From the NCBI RefSeq assembly GCF_964355755.1, contig NC_092675.1, positions 30,972,912-31,036,911 on the forward strand: a DNA stretch of 64,000 nt, given 5' to 3'. The stretch comes from Antedon mediterranea (taxonomy: Eukaryota; Animalia; Echinodermata). The position numbers and the translations under genes are program-made. This document shows positions 61,864 to 64,000 of this stretch, piece by piece. The notes under the pieces were generated by a model, which was given only the letters and a program-made list of their open reading frames with translations, was not told the origin of the DNA and did no database searches. How positions within the stretch are numbered: position 1 is the first letter of the stretch; every line of letters starts with the position of its first letter.

Positions 61864-63992
61864 TTAATTAATTAATTCAAAGCAGAGTTTTAATCCTGTT
61901 CCCTGCATTCGTTCATGGTACACTCTGTCGTACTCTTCGTTCTGCGTAACAGTAAAATAATTCTTCCAGTCACCTACCTCACCTGTGGAAAAGATGTAAA
62001 TAATGATAAAATTAAAAGACGATGGAGGACGATTGATGTTATGCCGGTTTTTACGGTAAAGTAGATTACTGTCGTGATAGCAAGCGTAAAGTAGATTACT
62101 GTCGTGATAGCATGCGTAAAGTAGATTACTGTCGTGATAGCATGCGTAAAGTAGATTACTGTCGTGATAGCATGCGTAAAGTAGATTACTGTCGTGATAG
62201 TATGCGTAAAGTAGATTACTGTCGTGATAGCATGCGTAAAGTAGATTACTGTGTCATGATAGCATGCGTAAAGTAGATTACTGTCGTGATAGCATGCGTA
62301 AAGTAGATTGCTGTCGTGATAGCATACGTAAAGTAGATTACTGTCGTGATAGCATGCGTAAAGTAGATTACTGTCGTGATAACATGCGTAAAGTAGATTA
62401 GTGTCGTGATAGCATGCGTAAAGTAGATTACTGTCGTGATAGCATGCGTAAAGTAGATTACTGTCGTGATAGCATGCGTAAAGTAGATTACTGTCGTGAT
62501 AGCACGCGCATGCGTCTTTATGGTTCACACTAGGACGCAACACAAGGTTGACGTACGCGCAACGCAAGTGATTTGGCCAATCACAAGGAATGGATCACTC
62601 GTCATTGGTCAACTCGCTTACATTGCGCCTACATCATTGCGTTGCGTTTTAGTAAGAAAATGGCGTACCACCTCAGCGCAAGTAATTTGACCAATCAGAA
62701 ATTAGGGTCGGATGATTGATAATATTGTGCATGTACGTGTTTTTGTTTATTCCTCCTCCTTCTAGTGGGAACCAATTTAACAATTAATCATTGCAAACCT
62801 TTTCTAATAAATGATGTTTTACTGTAAATCTTATGATCAAACAGTGGCAGCCATGTACCGATAATGTTGGATTGTGCGTCATCTTTCATACTTGAAAACG
62901 ACGAGTGTTTCACAACCTCGTCAATAGCTTCGTCAGACAGATTGTGACCTAGGAAGTCTGCCATCTGAATAACCGTACTTCTTGGATCCTATAAACATGA
63001 TTATTAACGACATGTTTAGGATTATAATTTTGCTTTATCTTTGTTGCAACAGATAATACTCGGTATGTGTATGTATTTTTAATGAGATACAAATAAATCA
63101 AATCAGAACAAACATGATCATAGTTGTCATCCTCTCATATCTCCCACCATCGCATCTATTGTTTATTTTATTTTTATTTTATTAATTTTGGCAAAGACAT
63201 TTAAACAAACAAACAGATAAAAATTAGCTAGATTACGCCAAGGAATGCCAAAAAAAGGCAACAGCTTCTGTCGCCGATTAGGCGTGCCACTCTAACAAAA
63301 GGCTAAAATGTACAGAAATGAATGAATGAATTTATGATAAAATCATATGTGTATATATAATTGCTTTTTTAACTCAATAATAATATTGATAAGTCACTCA
63401 CCATTTTTACATCCTCATATTTAAAGAAAAGAATGTTTGGTAAATGACGTCGTTTCCACCAAAACAAATTGTGATCAAACCAAGATCCATAAATAACTGT
63501 TAAAATACACATATATTTTTATTTTGAGACAGAAGTTGAGAAGTTTTTGTGGGACCCGGGTCTCTGTTTTTTTTAGGTATCTAGTTTCGTAGCACCACCG
63601 TGGTAAATCAAGTTTACACGGCCGGCCTCCGCAGAACATTCGATAATAAACAGCGTTTCTCTAACGGTGATTTCTTCATGAGATCTAGATGCCACCAGGG
63701 TTAATCAGGGTGAGAGTAAGGGTAACGAAAGAAATTACAATTTCATTCTCTTGGACTATGATTTGAAATCCTTAAAGCTATAAGGACTGAAACAAATAGG
63801 TGATGTGCTTAACTTAGGTCTTGCCAAAATGTTGCCCTAGTCCCGTCCTGCAATTGTATGCTTACCTTCGTTTCGAACAAAATCCTGATAGAATTGATTC
63901 CACTGCGTATATCTAGGTAAGACCACGTTATAGTTGTGGAAATGGAAGTAAGATACAGCCACGTCCTTTGGATTCCTCGATATGTAGATTAC
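61864..63992 (-). CDS. Cytosolic sulfotransferase (SULT1-like), 3' four exons; 5' part lies beyond the window
   Basis: Exons (minus) 63992-63866, 63496-63402, 62988-62799, 61982-61864. 3'-phosphate-binding motif IYISRNPKDVAVSYFHF, YGSWFDH, FKYEDVK, PAPS motif FIRKGEVGDWKNYFT and dimerisation motif KNYFTVTQNE. Confidence 0.94.
62076..62505. repeat. 30-bp tandem repeat x~14 in the last sulfotransferase intron
   Basis: CGTAAAGTAGATTACTGTCGTGATAGCATG. Confidence 0.96.
62520..62775. mobile_element. MITE family B copies in a sulfotransferase intron
   Basis: TGGTTCACACTAGGACGCAAC...CCAATCAC...TTGCGTTGCG and CTAGTGGGAACCAA. Confidence 0.6.
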
Positions 63993-64000
63993 CTAAAGGA

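Noticed and set aside
61974-62567. 197-aa ORF with ACYHDSNLLY repeats
   Set aside because: 30-bp intronic tandem repeat in the sulfotransferase gene.

Overview
AT-rich, intron-rich animal genomic DNA, probably an echinoderm (inferred from the AN-peptide-like precursor; a crinoid is possible but not provable here). Six protein-coding genes were reconstructed by hand from splice sites and reading frame: ZRANB2 (+, 8 exons, one GC-AG intron); a 644-aa secreted polyprotein precursor (+) releasing about 21 copies of a non-amidated Arg/Pro-rich peptide ANYFRRPRPR; FZR1/Cdh1 (-, 12 coding exons); CFAP144/FAM183 (+); EBNA1BP2 (-); and the 3' half of a cytosolic sulfotransferase (-). Introns and intergenic DNA hold many minisatellites, several MITE families (Harbinger-, Ginger-, Mutator- and Tc1/pogo-like), a tRNA-headed SINE and LINE 3' remnants. 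The most interesting items are the AN/PRP peptide precursor with its candidate promoter and CRE cluster, a 14-fold tandem amplification of a splice donor in EBNA1BP2, and a minisatellite derived from an L2-type LINE 3' end. Most short ORFs in the supplied track are artefacts of repeats or AT-rich DNA. No database searches were run; family names come from motif recognition.
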